Notes: a model not told the origin generated them from the sequence alone. A stretch of DNA of 64,000 bases from an uncultured candidate division Zixibacteria bacterium (GCA_963735035.1 CAVTJJ010000003.1:140489-204488), one strand, 5' to 3'. Shown: positions 29,328 to 39,337, counted from the stretch's first letter. Numbers and translations: made by a program.

Positions 29328-30218
29328 TCAATTGGAATTCTGCTTTGATTCACTCCGGCGACGCTCGGCGACATAGACTCCGGTCAGGACCAAAAGTCCT
29401 CCAAGAGCCGTCATCGGACCGAATTCCTCGTTAAGATACGGCACCGCCAGGACGGTCGTGGCCACCGGTTCAAGATAGAGGTAGATCCCTGCTCTGGCGG
29501 CGCCGACTCGCGCAACCCCTTCCTGCCAGAACCAGTGTCCCAACGCCAACCCCAGCAGGCCGAGAAAGAGAATTGACACGACCCCGTCGGCCGGCATGGA
29601 AAGTAATCTCGACCAGTCGGATGCAAACGCCATATAGCCGAGCAGAATCACTGCCGGCGGCGCAAGAACTGCGACCGTAACGGCCAGTGGATTGCGGGAA
29701 CGAGTGACATCGCGAATAACAATCGTGTACAGCGCCCAGGTATGTGCCGAGACCAGTATCAGCCAGTCACCGACCGAACTGAGCCAGGCGAAGCTGTTCA
29801 ATCGCCCCTTGGACATCAGGACTAGGATTCCAAACGAGGCGATGGCAATTCCGTAAAGGGCGTTGCGGCTGAGTCGTTCGTGGAGCACTAGATAGGCCAG
29901 CACGGCCATGACCAAGGGGCTGACGGCTATGATCCAGCCGGTGTGCGTGGCTGAAGTATATTGTAGTCCGGTGATCTGGATGAGAAAATGCGCCGTGATT
30001 ACCAGCGACCCGAGCAGAACCGCTTTCCACTCTTTCGGAGTGAATTCAAATTTGACCCGCTTTACGACGATTACCAGAAGCAGCAATGGCAGACCGATAA
30101 GACAGCGGAGCCCCAAGAGTTCGACCGGATTCAGATATTGCAGGCAGATACGGGTCGCGACGAAAGACCATCCCCAGACAATCACACAGACGAGCAGGTA
30201 GGTCGGCGCCAGATTCAT
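29328..30218 (-). CDS. DMT superfamily (EamA-like) transporter
   Basis: 296 aa, about 10 hydrophobic spans with two-fold internal symmetry, and the GLQYTSATH motif typical of EamA domains. Confidence 0.75.
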   Translation of the reverse strand: MNLAPTYLLVCVIVWGWSFVATRICLQYLNPVELLGLRCLIGLPLLLLVIVVKRVKFEFTPKEWKAVLLGSLVITAHFLIQITGLQYTSATHTGWIIAVSPLVMAVLAYLVLHERLSRNALYGIAIASFGILVLMSKGRLNSFAWLSSVGDWLILVSAHTWALYTIVIRDVTRSRNPLAVTVAVLAPPAVILLGYMAFASDWSRLLSMPADGVVSILFLGLLGLALGHWFWQEGVARVGAARAGIYLYLEPVATTVLAVPYLNEEFGPMTALGGLLVLTGVYVAERRRSESKQNSN

Positions 30219-30454
30219 AGCCTATACAAACGATGGCGGCCCCGAAGCGCAACGGAAAAAGAGTCTTACCGGACGGTGATCCAACGCGGCAGGTCACACG
30301 CCCCGCCGAAGCGGGTCGCAAGACCCGCCGCAACTTCACGCTCTATGTCTTCAACGGCCTGATCAGAGTATCCATCTGGGCAGCCAATGATATTAGTTGC
30401 CCCGCGACGAAATCAGCGCCTAGTTCCTCTTCGGAAAAACCAAAGGAGCAATTG

Positions 30455-30919
30455 ATGGATTATCGCGATACCACCAGACGTCTCATCGCCACCCTGGCTT
30501 TCAGAACCCGCCACGCCTTCCACGGCGCCCCGGTCGGGTTCGAGGATTTCGAAGCCGGGATGGATGTGCGGACGCCGCTTCAGATACTCAATCATATCAA
30601 CGACTGCATTGCCCATACCGACGATGCCATTCACGGTCGCAAGCCCCGACGTCTCGAGTCGCTGCCTCTCATGGAAGCGCAGGAGACGTTTCATCTGGAG
30701 CTGACGCAACTGGACGAGACTCTCGCCCACGCGAAGCTACCGGACGACGACAAGTGCCTTCGACTGCTTCAGGGGCCGCTGAGTGATGCCATGACGCATG
30801 TCGGACAGATCGTAATGATGCGTCGATTGATGGGTTCACCGGTTTCGAGCGTGTCGTATTCCAAAGCGGATATTCGTACCGGCGAGGTCGGTCCGAAACA
30901 ACCGCTGCCGACTTCCTAG
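30455..30919 (+). CDS. Hypothetical protein (possibly a DinB-like helical bundle)
   Basis: I trimmed the start to ATG 30455, preceded by AAAGGAG (30442-30448). The track ORF extension (from 30233) overlaps the divergent transporter leader. The weak DinB resemblance is from memory only. Confidence 0.4.
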   Translation: MDYRDTTRRLIATLAFRTRHAFHGAPVGFEDFEAGMDVRTPLQILNHINDCIAHTDDAIHGRKPRRLESLPLMEAQETFHLELTQLDETLAHAKLPDDDKCLRLLQGPLSDAMTHVGQIVMMRRLMGSPVSSVSYSKADIRTGEVGPKQPLPTS

Positions 30920-30939
30920 TAGGTCAGGAGCCCTTAGGC
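30920..30939. repeat. Left half of a REPIN-like palindrome interrupted by the IS
   Basis: GTAGGTCAGGAGCCCTTAGGC. The last 10 nt (30930-30939) are duplicated at 32229-32238. Confidence 0.75.
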
Positions 30940-32228
30940 TGTATAGTATCATGACATCCGTTACAGGTTGTGTCAAGACATGCGTTACAGTTTGACGGTA
31001 TTATACCTTCTTAGCGAAGGAGGCGGATATGCCGTGGAAGGCGCAGAGTGTAATGGATGAGCGGATACGATTTGTGATGGAGGCGGACCGGTGCCAAGAG
31101 TCGATGTCAGGCCTGTGTCGGGAGTTTGGGATTAGTCGGCCTACCGGGTACCGGTGGTTATCGAGGTACCGGGAGACCGGGCGGGTGAGTGATCTTCGGG
31201 AACGATCTCGTCGGCCAAGTTGCAGCCCGCTACGGTCGGCAGAGGAGATCGTTGATCGAGTAGTGAGTTTACGGTTGGCGTACGACTGGGGAGCTCGTAA
31301 GCTGCAGGTTCTGTTGCGGGATGCCGGGGTCAAGGTAAGTGAGAGCACGATCAACCGTATTTTGAAGCGTCAGGGTTTGCAGCGTGAGCCGGAGGTTACC
31401 GGCCAGGCGACGACACGATTTGAGCGGCAGACCCCTAATGAATTATGGCAGATGGACTTTAAGGGACTCAGCCAAGCGGTTGTAGGGCGGTGTTGTCCCT
31501 TGTCGATTATCGATGACCACAGCCGGTATGCGGTTGGCCTGTATGCCCTCGGCGACCAATTGGGTGTGTCGGTTCACCAGTCGCTGGTGCAAACCTTCGA
31601 ACGCTATGGAGTGCCACAGTCGGTGTTGATCGACCACGGAGTTCCGTGGTACAGTCCCAACGGTCACGGCCTGACATGGCTGGGGGTCGCGTTGATCAAG
31701 CAAGGCGTCCGGCTGCGCTTTAGCGGCCTGCGTCACCCCCAGACACAGGGGAAGGTGGAACGGTTCCACCGCACCTTGGGTGACCGGCTGCGCCATCGGG
31801 GCTATCCGTCGCTTCTGGCTGACTGGCAACAGACCTTCGATGATTTTGCCAAAGAGTATAACCATGTCCGGCCACATGAATCGCTCGACATGGCGGTACC
31901 CGCCTCTCGTTACCAACCCAGCTCCCGACAGTATCAACCACAGCCGCCAGCCTGGGATTATCCCGCCGGTGCCATAGTCAGGCGACTCAATGTGAGAGGT
32001 CTGCTGTCATGGAAGAGCCGGTATTACTTTGTCAGCGAAGCTTTGGCCAAAGAAGACGTCGAGATCAACCCCTGTGCCGACACCCTGCTGATTCGCTACC
32101 GACACATGTGGATTAGAGAAATTGACCTCAAAACAGGTCGTTCAGAGACTCTGATCGACAAAACCAGAAACCCTTATGTGTAACGGATGTCCTGACACAC
32201 ACTGTAACTCAAGTGTTGACACTGTACA
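30940..32228 (+). mobile_element. IS481-family insertion sequence, apparently intact (1289 bp)
   Basis: Imperfect ~50-bp terminal inverted repeats with TGT...ACA ends; I counted 39 of the first 50 positions as matching. There is a single DDE transposase ORF. A 10-bp direct repeat GCCCTTAGGC flanks both ends. Confidence 0.85.
31029..32183 (+). CDS. IS481-family DDE transposase (rve integrase core with an N-terminal HTH)
   Basis: 384 aa. HTH region LCREFGISRPTGYRWLSRY. DDE region WQMDFKG, LIDHGVPW, HPQTQGKVERFHRTL and RPHESL. Confidence 0.85.
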   Translation: MPWKAQSVMDERIRFVMEADRCQESMSGLCREFGISRPTGYRWLSRYRETGRVSDLRERSRRPSCSPLRSAEEIVDRVVSLRLAYDWGARKLQVLLRDAGVKVSESTINRILKRQGLQREPEVTGQATTRFERQTPNELWQMDFKGLSQAVVGRCCPLSIIDDHSRYAVGLYALGDQLGVSVHQSLVQTFERYGVPQSVLIDHGVPWYSPNGHGLTWLGVALIKQGVRLRFSGLRHPQTQGKVERFHRTLGDRLRHRGYPSLLADWQQTFDDFAKEYNHVRPHESLDMAVPASRYQPSSRQYQPQPPAWDYPAGAIVRRLNVRGLLSWKSRYYFVSEALAKEDVEINPCADTLLIRYRHMWIREIDLKTGRSETLIDKTRNPYV

Positions 32229-32298
32229 GCCCTTAGGCTCCTGACACTCATATCTTTGTTTGCCCTCGATGTCAGGAGCCTAAGGGCTCCTGACCTAC
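32229..32298. repeat. Right part of the interrupted REPIN-like element (target duplication, first-hairpin arm, spacer, second hairpin-CTAC)
   Basis: GCCCTTAGGCTCCTGAC, a 25-nt spacer, then GTCAGGAGCCTAAGGGCTCCTGACCTAC (32271-32298). Confidence 0.75.
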
Positions 32299-32542
32299 TA
32301 TCTGTGCGCGCGTTACAAAATAGCCGGGGACTTTTTCTCTCGTTCCAGCGTTTACAAGTAATATAGTTCTGTGCCGGTGTATGGTTTTCCAGACTATCGA
32401 TAGCACCTGCTTTCGGCGATCCTGACCTCGTTACAATTCTCCCTGTTGTCAGAGTCACAGTTAGCGTCCATCGAGCGTCTTTCGATTCTACAAAGCGTCG
32501 GTTGACCCCCGCACCGATTGGATTCATAGGAGGAGCAGATTA

Positions 32543-33577
32543 GTGAGCAAGTATTTGCAGGACAACATCACTGAGAACACCGATTTCCGGACAATCAACC
32601 GACAAATTGAGCCGTATCAACAACCCAGCCGTCTCAAGAGTATCTGGCAATTAGGCAATACGCTGATTTCATATGTGGCGCTCTGGGTGCTGATTTGGTT
32701 CACGATGGATTATTCGATCTGGCTGGCCCTGCCGCTAATCCTGCTGGCGGCCGGATTTCTGGTGCGAATATTTATCATCTTTCATGACTGCGGCCACGGC
32801 TCGTTCTTCCGTACGAAACGCGCCAATCGATTTTGGGGTGTCATCACCGGCGTGTTGACTTTCACACCGTATTACACCTGGCGAATGAATCATGCCCGGC
32901 ATCATGGCACTTCCGGTAACCTGGATATGCGGGGTCATGGGGATGTCTGGACTATGACGGTCGATGAATATCGGAAAGCCTCATTGAGCACGCGCTTCAA
33001 GTATCGTATGTACCGTAACCCGGCCGTGATGTTTCTCATGGGACCGCTCCTGTCTTTGCTTGTCGTCAACCGGATACCGCAGTCGGGCGCTGGGAGAAAA
33101 GATCGCCTCAGCATTTACGGCACCGATGCCGGGATACTAGCGCTGGCTCTGACGCTGGTGTTTCTGCTGGGCTGGAAAGAGTACCTGTTCATTCAGTTTT
33201 CAATTCTGTACGTTGGCATGGTAGGTGGCATCTGGTTGTTTTACGTGCAACATCAGTTCGAAGGGGTCTATTGGGCCAACGAGAAAGAATGGGATTTCGT
33301 GCAGGCGTCGATCAAGGGATCGTCGTATTACAAACTTCCGGTGGTGCTGCGCTGGTTCACCGGAAATATCGGATTTCATCATGTCCATCACTTGAGCCCG
33401 AGTATTCCCAACTACAATCTTCCGCGATGCCACAAACGTTTGTCGATCATGCGACAGGCACCGACAATCGGTTTGTTCGCGAGTTTGAAGAGTCTGAAGT
33501 ATCGTTTGTGGGACGAGCGTAAGCGCGAGTTGGTGAGTTTCCGGAGAGTGCGAGAGTATGACACTACACAGCAGTAG
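32543..33577 (+). CDS. Membrane fatty-acid desaturase
   Basis: 344 aa. Three histidine boxes: HDCGHGS, HARHHG, HHVHHL. GTG start 7 nt after AGGAGGAG. Confidence 0.8.
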   Translation: MSKYLQDNITENTDFRTINRQIEPYQQPSRLKSIWQLGNTLISYVALWVLIWFTMDYSIWLALPLILLAAGFLVRIFIIFHDCGHGSFFRTKRANRFWGVITGVLTFTPYYTWRMNHARHHGTSGNLDMRGHGDVWTMTVDEYRKASLSTRFKYRMYRNPAVMFLMGPLLSLLVVNRIPQSGAGRKDRLSIYGTDAGILALALTLVFLLGWKEYLFIQFSILYVGMVGGIWLFYVQHQFEGVYWANEKEWDFVQASIKGSSYYKLPVVLRWFTGNIGFHHVHHLSPSIPNYNLPRCHKRLSIMRQAPTIGLFASLKSLKYRLWDERKRELVSFRRVREYDTTQQ

Positions 33578-33588
33578 GGTCAAATACA

Positions 33589-33620
33589 AGCCGGCAGATG
33601 TGGGCATCTGCCGGGCACGA
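33589..33620. repeat. Copy of the dispersed palindrome GCCGGCAGATG-TGGG-CATCTGCCGGGCAC
   Basis: 10-bp perfect stem with a 4-nt loop, beginning 12 nt after the desaturase stop. Confidence 0.8.
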
Positions 33621-33669
33621 TGCAGGGGTGTAGAGAGCCCACCGCGGCGGGCCGCCCACAAACCCCTGT

Positions 33670-33913
33670 GTCAGGCGTCAAGTCCGCCTGACCTACGAAT
33701 CTTCGCCATAGAGCGTGCGGTCAGGCGTCCCTGCCTGACTGCAGTAGATAATTGAGACGGCCGTCGGGCAGAGACGCCCGACGGCACACTTGAGTGTCAG
33801 GCGTCAAGTCCGCCTGACCTACTAATCTTCGTCATAGAGCGTGCGGTCAGGCGTCCCTGCCTGACTGCAGTAGATAATCGAGACGACCGTCGGGCAGAGA
33901 CGCCCGACTGCAC
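33670..33913. repeat. Two tandem 126-bp units, each built from three hairpins (GTAG-hairpin family mosaic)
   Basis: Units start at 33670 and 33796. Each contains GTCAGGCGTCAAGTCCGCCTGAC-CTAC, GCGGTCAGGCGTCCCTGCCTGACTGC and CGTCGGGCAGAGACGCCCGAC. Confidence 0.85.
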
Positions 33914-34117
33914 GTTTGAATTCCTATCTCCACACATATTGATGTAAGCAAATTTCAGCAACCGGGACGCGAAATTAACGTATTCCAAGAGATATGTCTG
34001 CTATATTCCTGCCCGGTCCAAGAGTCGGAAAATTGCGATGTGACGTTCAAACAAAATCCCGACCTGATTCGACTATAAATTAACTGAATGACATAAACCT
34101 CTCAAGGAGAAGGCTTA

Positions 34118-36181
34118 ATGAGCAGAAGCTTCAAAACAATAGCGGTCCTGGTCGCATTAGCGATTGTAGCGGTTCTGATTAGTTGTGGCACCAAAGTGAC
34201 CGCAGAGGAAACCGTCTCGACTACCAATATTCACGGCATCGACCGTAAGAATTTCGACACCACTGTCTCCCCATGTACCGATTTCTACAAGTATGCCAAT
34301 GGCACCTGGATCAAGAACAACCCGGTTCCGAAAGAGTATGGTAGCTGGGGCACGTTTCATGAAGTGTTCGAGCGAAATAACAAGTTGCTCAAACAGATTC
34401 TCGAAGAAGTAGGCGCCGGAAATCCGGCCCAGGGAACCGTGGCGCAGAAGATCGGTGATTTCTACGCTACCGGCATGGACACGGCGGCCATCAATCGGAC
34501 CGGGATCGGTCCGCTCAAAGCTGATTTCGAGCGGATTGACCGAATCGCTAATATCAAGGAGCTCTGCCAGGTAGTATCGGGTTTCCACGCCGAAGGCATG
34601 GACATGATATTCGATACCGATGCTTTCGAGGATCTCAAGAATTCCAGCATGACCAATCTGTACGCCACCCAGGGCGGACTGGGTTTGCCCGAGCGGGATT
34701 ACTACACGCGAACGGACAGTGTCTCAACTAAGCTTCGGGATCAGTACATTGAGCACATTACCAATATGTTCAAACTGTTGGGCGACGACTCCGCCTCTGC
34801 GGCAATCCACGCCAAGGCGGTGATGACGGTCGAAACTCGTTTGGCTGAAACCTCCTGGAATCAGACGCAGATGCGCGATTATCCGGCCTGGTATCGGGTC
34901 AAGGCGATTTCCGACGTCGAGAAGATCGCGCCGAACTACGACTGGGGGGGCTACATTCAGACTCTCGGTTTGGCCAACGTTGATTCGATCTCATTCGGGC
35001 CGGAGCAATTTTTCGAAGGCATGAACAAGGCTCTGACCGAATTGCCTCTGGACGACTGGAAGCAATACGTTCGCTGGCGCCTGATATCCATCAACGCCTT
35101 CTATGCGGGCGAACAGTTCGATAAAGAGGACTTTCGTTTCTTTAGCACTATCCTGGGCGGTTCAAAGGAACGCCAGGAACGGTGGAAGCGAGTGCTTGGA
35201 CCGATCGACAACTATATGGGAGAAGCGCTCGGCCAGTTGTTTGTCGCGAAAGCTTTTCCCCCCGAGACCAAGACCAGGGCGCTCGAGATGGTCAACAATT
35301 TGAAGACGGCGCTTCGGGAAAGCATCGAAAACGCTGACTGGATGAGTGATTCGACTCGCGCGAAAGCTCTCGAGAAACTGGCCGCCTTCAAGACGAAGAT
35401 TGGCTATCCCGACAAGTGGCGCGACTACTCCGGTCTTCAGATCGGCAAGTCATCATTCATAGAAAACGCCAGGGCCGGGCGGACATTCGCAACGAAGTAC
35501 ACGCTTTCCAAAGTTGGCAAGGCACCGGATCGGACCGAATGGGGCATGAGTCCACAGACAGTGAATGCCGGATACAACCCGACGCAGAACGACATCACGT
35601 TCCCGGCCGGAATACTTCAGCCGCCGCTTTTCGATGGAACGGTCGACGATGCGGTCAATTACGGCGCCATGGGAATTGTCATAGGGCATGAGATGACCCA
35701 CGGATTCGACGACAGCGGCCGACGGTTCGATAAAGACGGAAACATGAAAGACTGGTGGACACCGGAAGACAGCAAGCGTTACGAAGCGCGTTCCGCCAAG
35801 CTGGTGGAGCAGTTCAACGGCTACCATGTGGCTGACTCGGTGCAGGTCAACGGTGCCCTGACACTCGGTGAAAACATCGCCGACCTGGGCGGCCTCAGGT
35901 TGACGCTTCGCGCCCTGGAAGTCGCCACCCAGGGGAAAACCGATCCGATGATCGATGGCTTCACACAACAGCAGAGACTGTTCCTGTCGTACGCGCAGGT
36001 CTGGCGCACCAGCACCACTCCGGAAGCCGAGAAACTTCAGGTGCAGAGTGACCCGCACACGCCGGACCGGTTCCGGGTGCTGGGTCCGCTGGGTCATCTG
36101 GATGAATTCGAGAAGGCGTTCGGATGCAGCGATACCGACCCAATGATGCGTCCGAAATCGGAGCGCGTGAAGATCTGGTAG
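34118..36181 (+). CDS. pepO: M13 family zinc metallopeptidase (PepO / endothelin-converting-enzyme-like)
   Basis: 687 aa. Signal/anchor, then VIGHEMTHGFD (HExxH), GENIADLGG, and the C-terminal ERVKIW ending with Trp. Confidence 0.85.
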   Translation: MSRSFKTIAVLVALAIVAVLISCGTKVTAEETVSTTNIHGIDRKNFDTTVSPCTDFYKYANGTWIKNNPVPKEYGSWGTFHEVFERNNKLLKQILEEVGAGNPAQGTVAQKIGDFYATGMDTAAINRTGIGPLKADFERIDRIANIKELCQVVSGFHAEGMDMIFDTDAFEDLKNSSMTNLYATQGGLGLPERDYYTRTDSVSTKLRDQYIEHITNMFKLLGDDSASAAIHAKAVMTVETRLAETSWNQTQMRDYPAWYRVKAISDVEKIAPNYDWGGYIQTLGLANVDSISFGPEQFFEGMNKALTELPLDDWKQYVRWRLISINAFYAGEQFDKEDFRFFSTILGGSKERQERWKRVLGPIDNYMGEALGQLFVAKAFPPETKTRALEMVNNLKTALRESIENADWMSDSTRAKALEKLAAFKTKIGYPDKWRDYSGLQIGKSSFIENARAGRTFATKYTLSKVGKAPDRTEWGMSPQTVNAGYNPTQNDITFPAGILQPPLFDGTVDDAVNYGAMGIVIGHEMTHGFDDSGRRFDKDGNMKDWWTPEDSKRYEARSAKLVEQFNGYHVADSVQVNGALTLGENIADLGGLRLTLRALEVATQGKTDPMIDGFTQQQRLFLSYAQVWRTSTTPEAEKLQVQSDPHTPDRFRVLGPLGHLDEFEKAFGCSDTDPMMRPKSERVKIW

Positions 36182-36203
36182 ATCTGACCATTTCGAATAC
36201 ATA

Positions 36204-36230
36204 CCCCCACCCGATTCCGGGCGGGGGTTT
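36204..36230 (+). terminator. Candidate terminator hairpin between convergent genes
   Basis: CCCCCACCCG ATTC CGGGCGGGGG (one mismatch) followed by TTT. Confidence 0.45.
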
Positions 36231-36243
36231 CTATGTCGGCTTC

Positions 36244-38313
36244 TTACAGACCGGCTACACGCAACCCGGCCGGATAACGAACTTCATAGGGGATCGCTAT
36301 CTTAACAATCTCTCCCGGCGCCAGGGTCAGAATCCAGCGAGGCATGTTAGCAGCGCTTTCAGGTGACGGCAAAGGGACAATCTTGCCGAGCTTGACTCTG
36401 ACGCGACTATCATTGGAAACCGGCAACGCTTCTTCGAGTTCGACGGTACGAGAAATCGAGTCGAGGTTGCTTAGTGTTATTTGGATCGTCTGACTCGTCT
36501 GGATATCGTCGTCTTTTGTCTCCCGAGTAAACCCGGCAACTTCTCTCTTGACCATGACACGATTGTCGACTCCAAATGGAAGTTCGAATTCCTCATTGGG
36601 GGCGATCAGTTGCTCGACCTGTGTGTGCCCCAGGAAGTGTGCTCCGACAAAGATGGCCACGCGCCCGGGCATGAGCGGTGCTCTGTCCTGATTTTGGAGC
36701 TTAATTATGCGAAACGCGCCTTGTCGATTCCTCGGGCGGGAGATGAGCTTGGTAGCGCCATCAAGATTCCAGTTGGCCACTGTCACCCGCGCCGCATCGC
36801 CGCCGGACGCGATTGTCTCAGTGCCGCTGACCTGAAAGAGAACCGGATACGCCCCAACACCGACGACTGTGCTGGTCATCACAACTGACACTTCGTTAGC
36901 TCTGCCCCCGGGAGCATACACTTCACCGTCGGACGTCGTTCTGACCCTGCCGACCTGGGCGAGAAGATTGTCGATTGTTTGCACAGGACGCTGCTTGATG
37001 GATTCCTGTCCAATCGTTACTCGAGAATCTACAACGAACTTGTCGCGGATATCCTGAGTTCCCTCAACCGTAATGGTCTTGTTCAGATCGGTGGCCCCCT
37101 TGTCATCCATCCGTTGACAGATTTCGGTCGTAGCTCCAATCGAAACGCCCACGTTCGTGACTTCAACCGTGGTGTATTCCACCGAGGATATCCGGAGCGT
37201 ATAGATGCCCGGATCGACCCGGAGGATCTGGAAATTCCCCTGATGATCGGTCATGGCTCCCTGGGTCGTACCGACGATTAGAATAGATGCGCCTATTATC
37301 GGTTCACCCGTCACCGCACTGGTCAATCTTCCTCTTATTTGGCCGGTGGATCCGCCGTAATGTCTCGAGACTCCGTAGGACGCATCGCCCATATTCCACG
37401 GTGCGAGTTCTCCCGGTCCGGTTCCGAGTGACGGCTGCACGGTCGACAACTGCAGTTCGACCCCAGGCCAGTCTTCACCGGTCTTCTGGCTGACCTCGGC
37501 GCTGTAGGTAAAGTTGACAACATCCGGGTTATCGAGGATTCTGGCGTCGTACATCGGGCTCCAGGTCGCACCCGGCACCAGGTACTCCAGAGACATTGTC
37601 ACTTCACCGGCTTGTTCCAGGTTTAGCTCGACGCTGACCGTCTTGGTTCTCCGCTGGTTGACCGTCGTCAGTTTCCTCAGCTCATCCCCTTTCAATCGGA
37701 TGCGTGAATCTATATTCGCCAGTTCCTGTTCGGACCGGCGCATGGAATCGCTGATGAGCGTTGTCTTTTCGCTGAGGAAGTTGTACGCCGTGGCCCACAG
37801 AGCGACGTTGATTCCTTCCTTGGCGACTTTATCTATGGATTCATCCTCGTCAGAAAGAGGGCCGCGAGTGAGGGACGTTAGAAATTCCCGGAGCTTCTTC
37901 AACGCCTCTATACGATCGACTACAACGTCCTTGTGATTTCTTATTAGGCTGTCCAGTTCATGAGTAAGTCCGGCTATCTTCGGCGAGGGGGACTCCAAAT
38001 GCTCCTCGGTCGCGTACGATATTCCGTACAGCGTAATTCCGGGAATGCCTGATCCGGATACCTGAAAGGACGCATCCAGGGCTCCCCCCGGCAGATCTTC
38101 GAAGAGCACTATGTGGTTTCCTGCTGTCAGGTTTAAGGAGCCAATCCGGGTGACTTGAGCCTGATCAGGATAGACCGTTACTTTCTTGATTGGCGCCTGC
38201 AGACTTTCTCTTGGGGCACCGGTGACTGATGCGACCAGAATGGCTATTCCGGTCACGATTGCGAATGCGGTGGAACGTCGCATAGCCATACCTCCCTTGA
38301 AGTTGATACGCAA
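36244..38313 (-). CDS. DUF4140/DUF4139 (mucoidy-inhibitor MuiA-like) protein with an inserted carboxypeptidase-regulatory-like domain
   Basis: 689 aa. N-terminus VTVYPDQAQVTR (DUF4140-like). The mid-protein segment GRLTSAVTGEPIIGASILIVGTTQGAMTDHQGNFQILRVDPGIYTLRISSVEYTT is CarboxypepD_reg-like. The true start may be the internal MAMRR. Confidence 0.5.
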   Translation of the reverse strand: MRINFKGGMAMRRSTAFAIVTGIAILVASVTGAPRESLQAPIKKVTVYPDQAQVTRIGSLNLTAGNHIVLFEDLPGGALDASFQVSGSGIPGITLYGISYATEEHLESPSPKIAGLTHELDSLIRNHKDVVVDRIEALKKLREFLTSLTRGPLSDEDESIDKVAKEGINVALWATAYNFLSEKTTLISDSMRRSEQELANIDSRIRLKGDELRKLTTVNQRRTKTVSVELNLEQAGEVTMSLEYLVPGATWSPMYDARILDNPDVVNFTYSAEVSQKTGEDWPGVELQLSTVQPSLGTGPGELAPWNMGDASYGVSRHYGGSTGQIRGRLTSAVTGEPIIGASILIVGTTQGAMTDHQGNFQILRVDPGIYTLRISSVEYTTVEVTNVGVSIGATTEICQRMDDKGATDLNKTITVEGTQDIRDKFVVDSRVTIGQESIKQRPVQTIDNLLAQVGRVRTTSDGEVYAPGGRANEVSVVMTSTVVGVGAYPVLFQVSGTETIASGGDAARVTVANWNLDGATKLISRPRNRQGAFRIIKLQNQDRAPLMPGRVAIFVGAHFLGHTQVEQLIAPNEEFELPFGVDNRVMVKREVAGFTRETKDDDIQTSQTIQITLSNLDSISRTVELEEALPVSNDSRVRVKLGKIVPLPSPESAANMPRWILTLAPGEIVKIAIPYEVRYPAGLRVAGL

Positions 38314-38452
38314 CCCGGCGGTGGGGTCATCGGGATCGGGCGAAGTGACGCGACATCACCCGGCCCTTCCTCCAACTCGTCATTCCCGGTCTTCTGAGAG
38401 GACTCTATTCATAGTGACGAACATCTTCCCTCAACTGTGAAATCATGAAGCT

Positions 38453-38479
38453 GTCAGGCCCCGAGTTGGCCTGACCTAC
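38453..38479. repeat. 27-nt hairpin-CTAC element (GTAG-hairpin family)
   Basis: GTCAGGCCCCGAGTTGGCCTGACCTAC, in a divergent promoter region. Confidence 0.7.
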
Positions 38480-38530
38480 AAGACTGTGAAATCAGTTGAA
38501 CCGATGGACGTCAAAGCACTATAAACAATC

Positions 38531-39337
38531 ATGCCTTTTACGGTTTCACATACGGCGCTTGTCCTTCCGCTCAAGAAGCTGCGTCCGAACTGGTTCTCAT
38601 TGACCGGGTTGATGGCCGGCGCTATGGCGCCAGATCTTCAGTATTTTCTCCTGGCGGATACGTCGGAGAGGGGTATCAGTCACTCCTGGACCGGCCTATT
38701 CATAATCGATCTGCCGCTTGGGCTCATATTTTCATTCGCCTTTCACCTGCTGTTCAAACGGGTCTTTATCGAGAACCTCCCGACCCCGTTGGACCGTCAG
38801 CTCTCCGGATTGGCAGCGAGCCGCTTCGCGCCGACCGGTTGGCGCGAGTGGAGCGTGCTGATCGTTTCAGTCTTGCTGGGCGCGGTCAGCCATTTCTTCT
38901 GGGATTCGTTTACTCACCCTGAAGGCGTCCTCGCGCAGCACATCCCCTGGCTTCTTCGAGAGACGACGATTTTCGGGATCGCCCGCACCAACGCCCGCTT
39001 ACTCCAGCACGTGAGCTCGGCACTTGGGGCGGTAGGAATGATTGTCGGACTGAGTGTCTGCGGGTTGCTGCCCAAACCTATAGAGATCGAGCAACGTTCA
39101 TCGAGCCGCAAGATTGCATTCTGGCTGGTCGGCGCATTGTGCGGTCTGGCCTGGTCGGTTACCGCGGTGTTCTTTTATAATCATTTCTACGGCTGGGAGA
39201 TCGGGAGTGGTTATTCGTTGGGGTTGGCTTTTCAAACGGCGGCTCTGGGAAGCTGGGCGGGATTTTTCTATTTCGTGTGCGTGGTGGGATTGATTTCGCG
39301 GCGAGGTTCTAACAGACACGGCCAACCTGAACGATAA
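38531..39337 (+). CDS. DUF4184 family membrane protein
   Basis: 268 aa. Characteristic N-terminus MPFTVSHTALVLPL, several TM spans, and a HFFWDSFTH motif. Confidence 0.6.
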   Translation: MPFTVSHTALVLPLKKLRPNWFSLTGLMAGAMAPDLQYFLLADTSERGISHSWTGLFIIDLPLGLIFSFAFHLLFKRVFIENLPTPLDRQLSGLAASRFAPTGWREWSVLIVSVLLGAVSHFFWDSFTHPEGVLAQHIPWLLRETTIFGIARTNARLLQHVSSALGAVGMIVGLSVCGLLPKPIEIEQRSSSRKIAFWLVGALCGLAWSVTAVFFYNHFYGWEIGSGYSLGLAFQTAALGSWAGFFYFVCVVGLISRRGSNRHGQPER

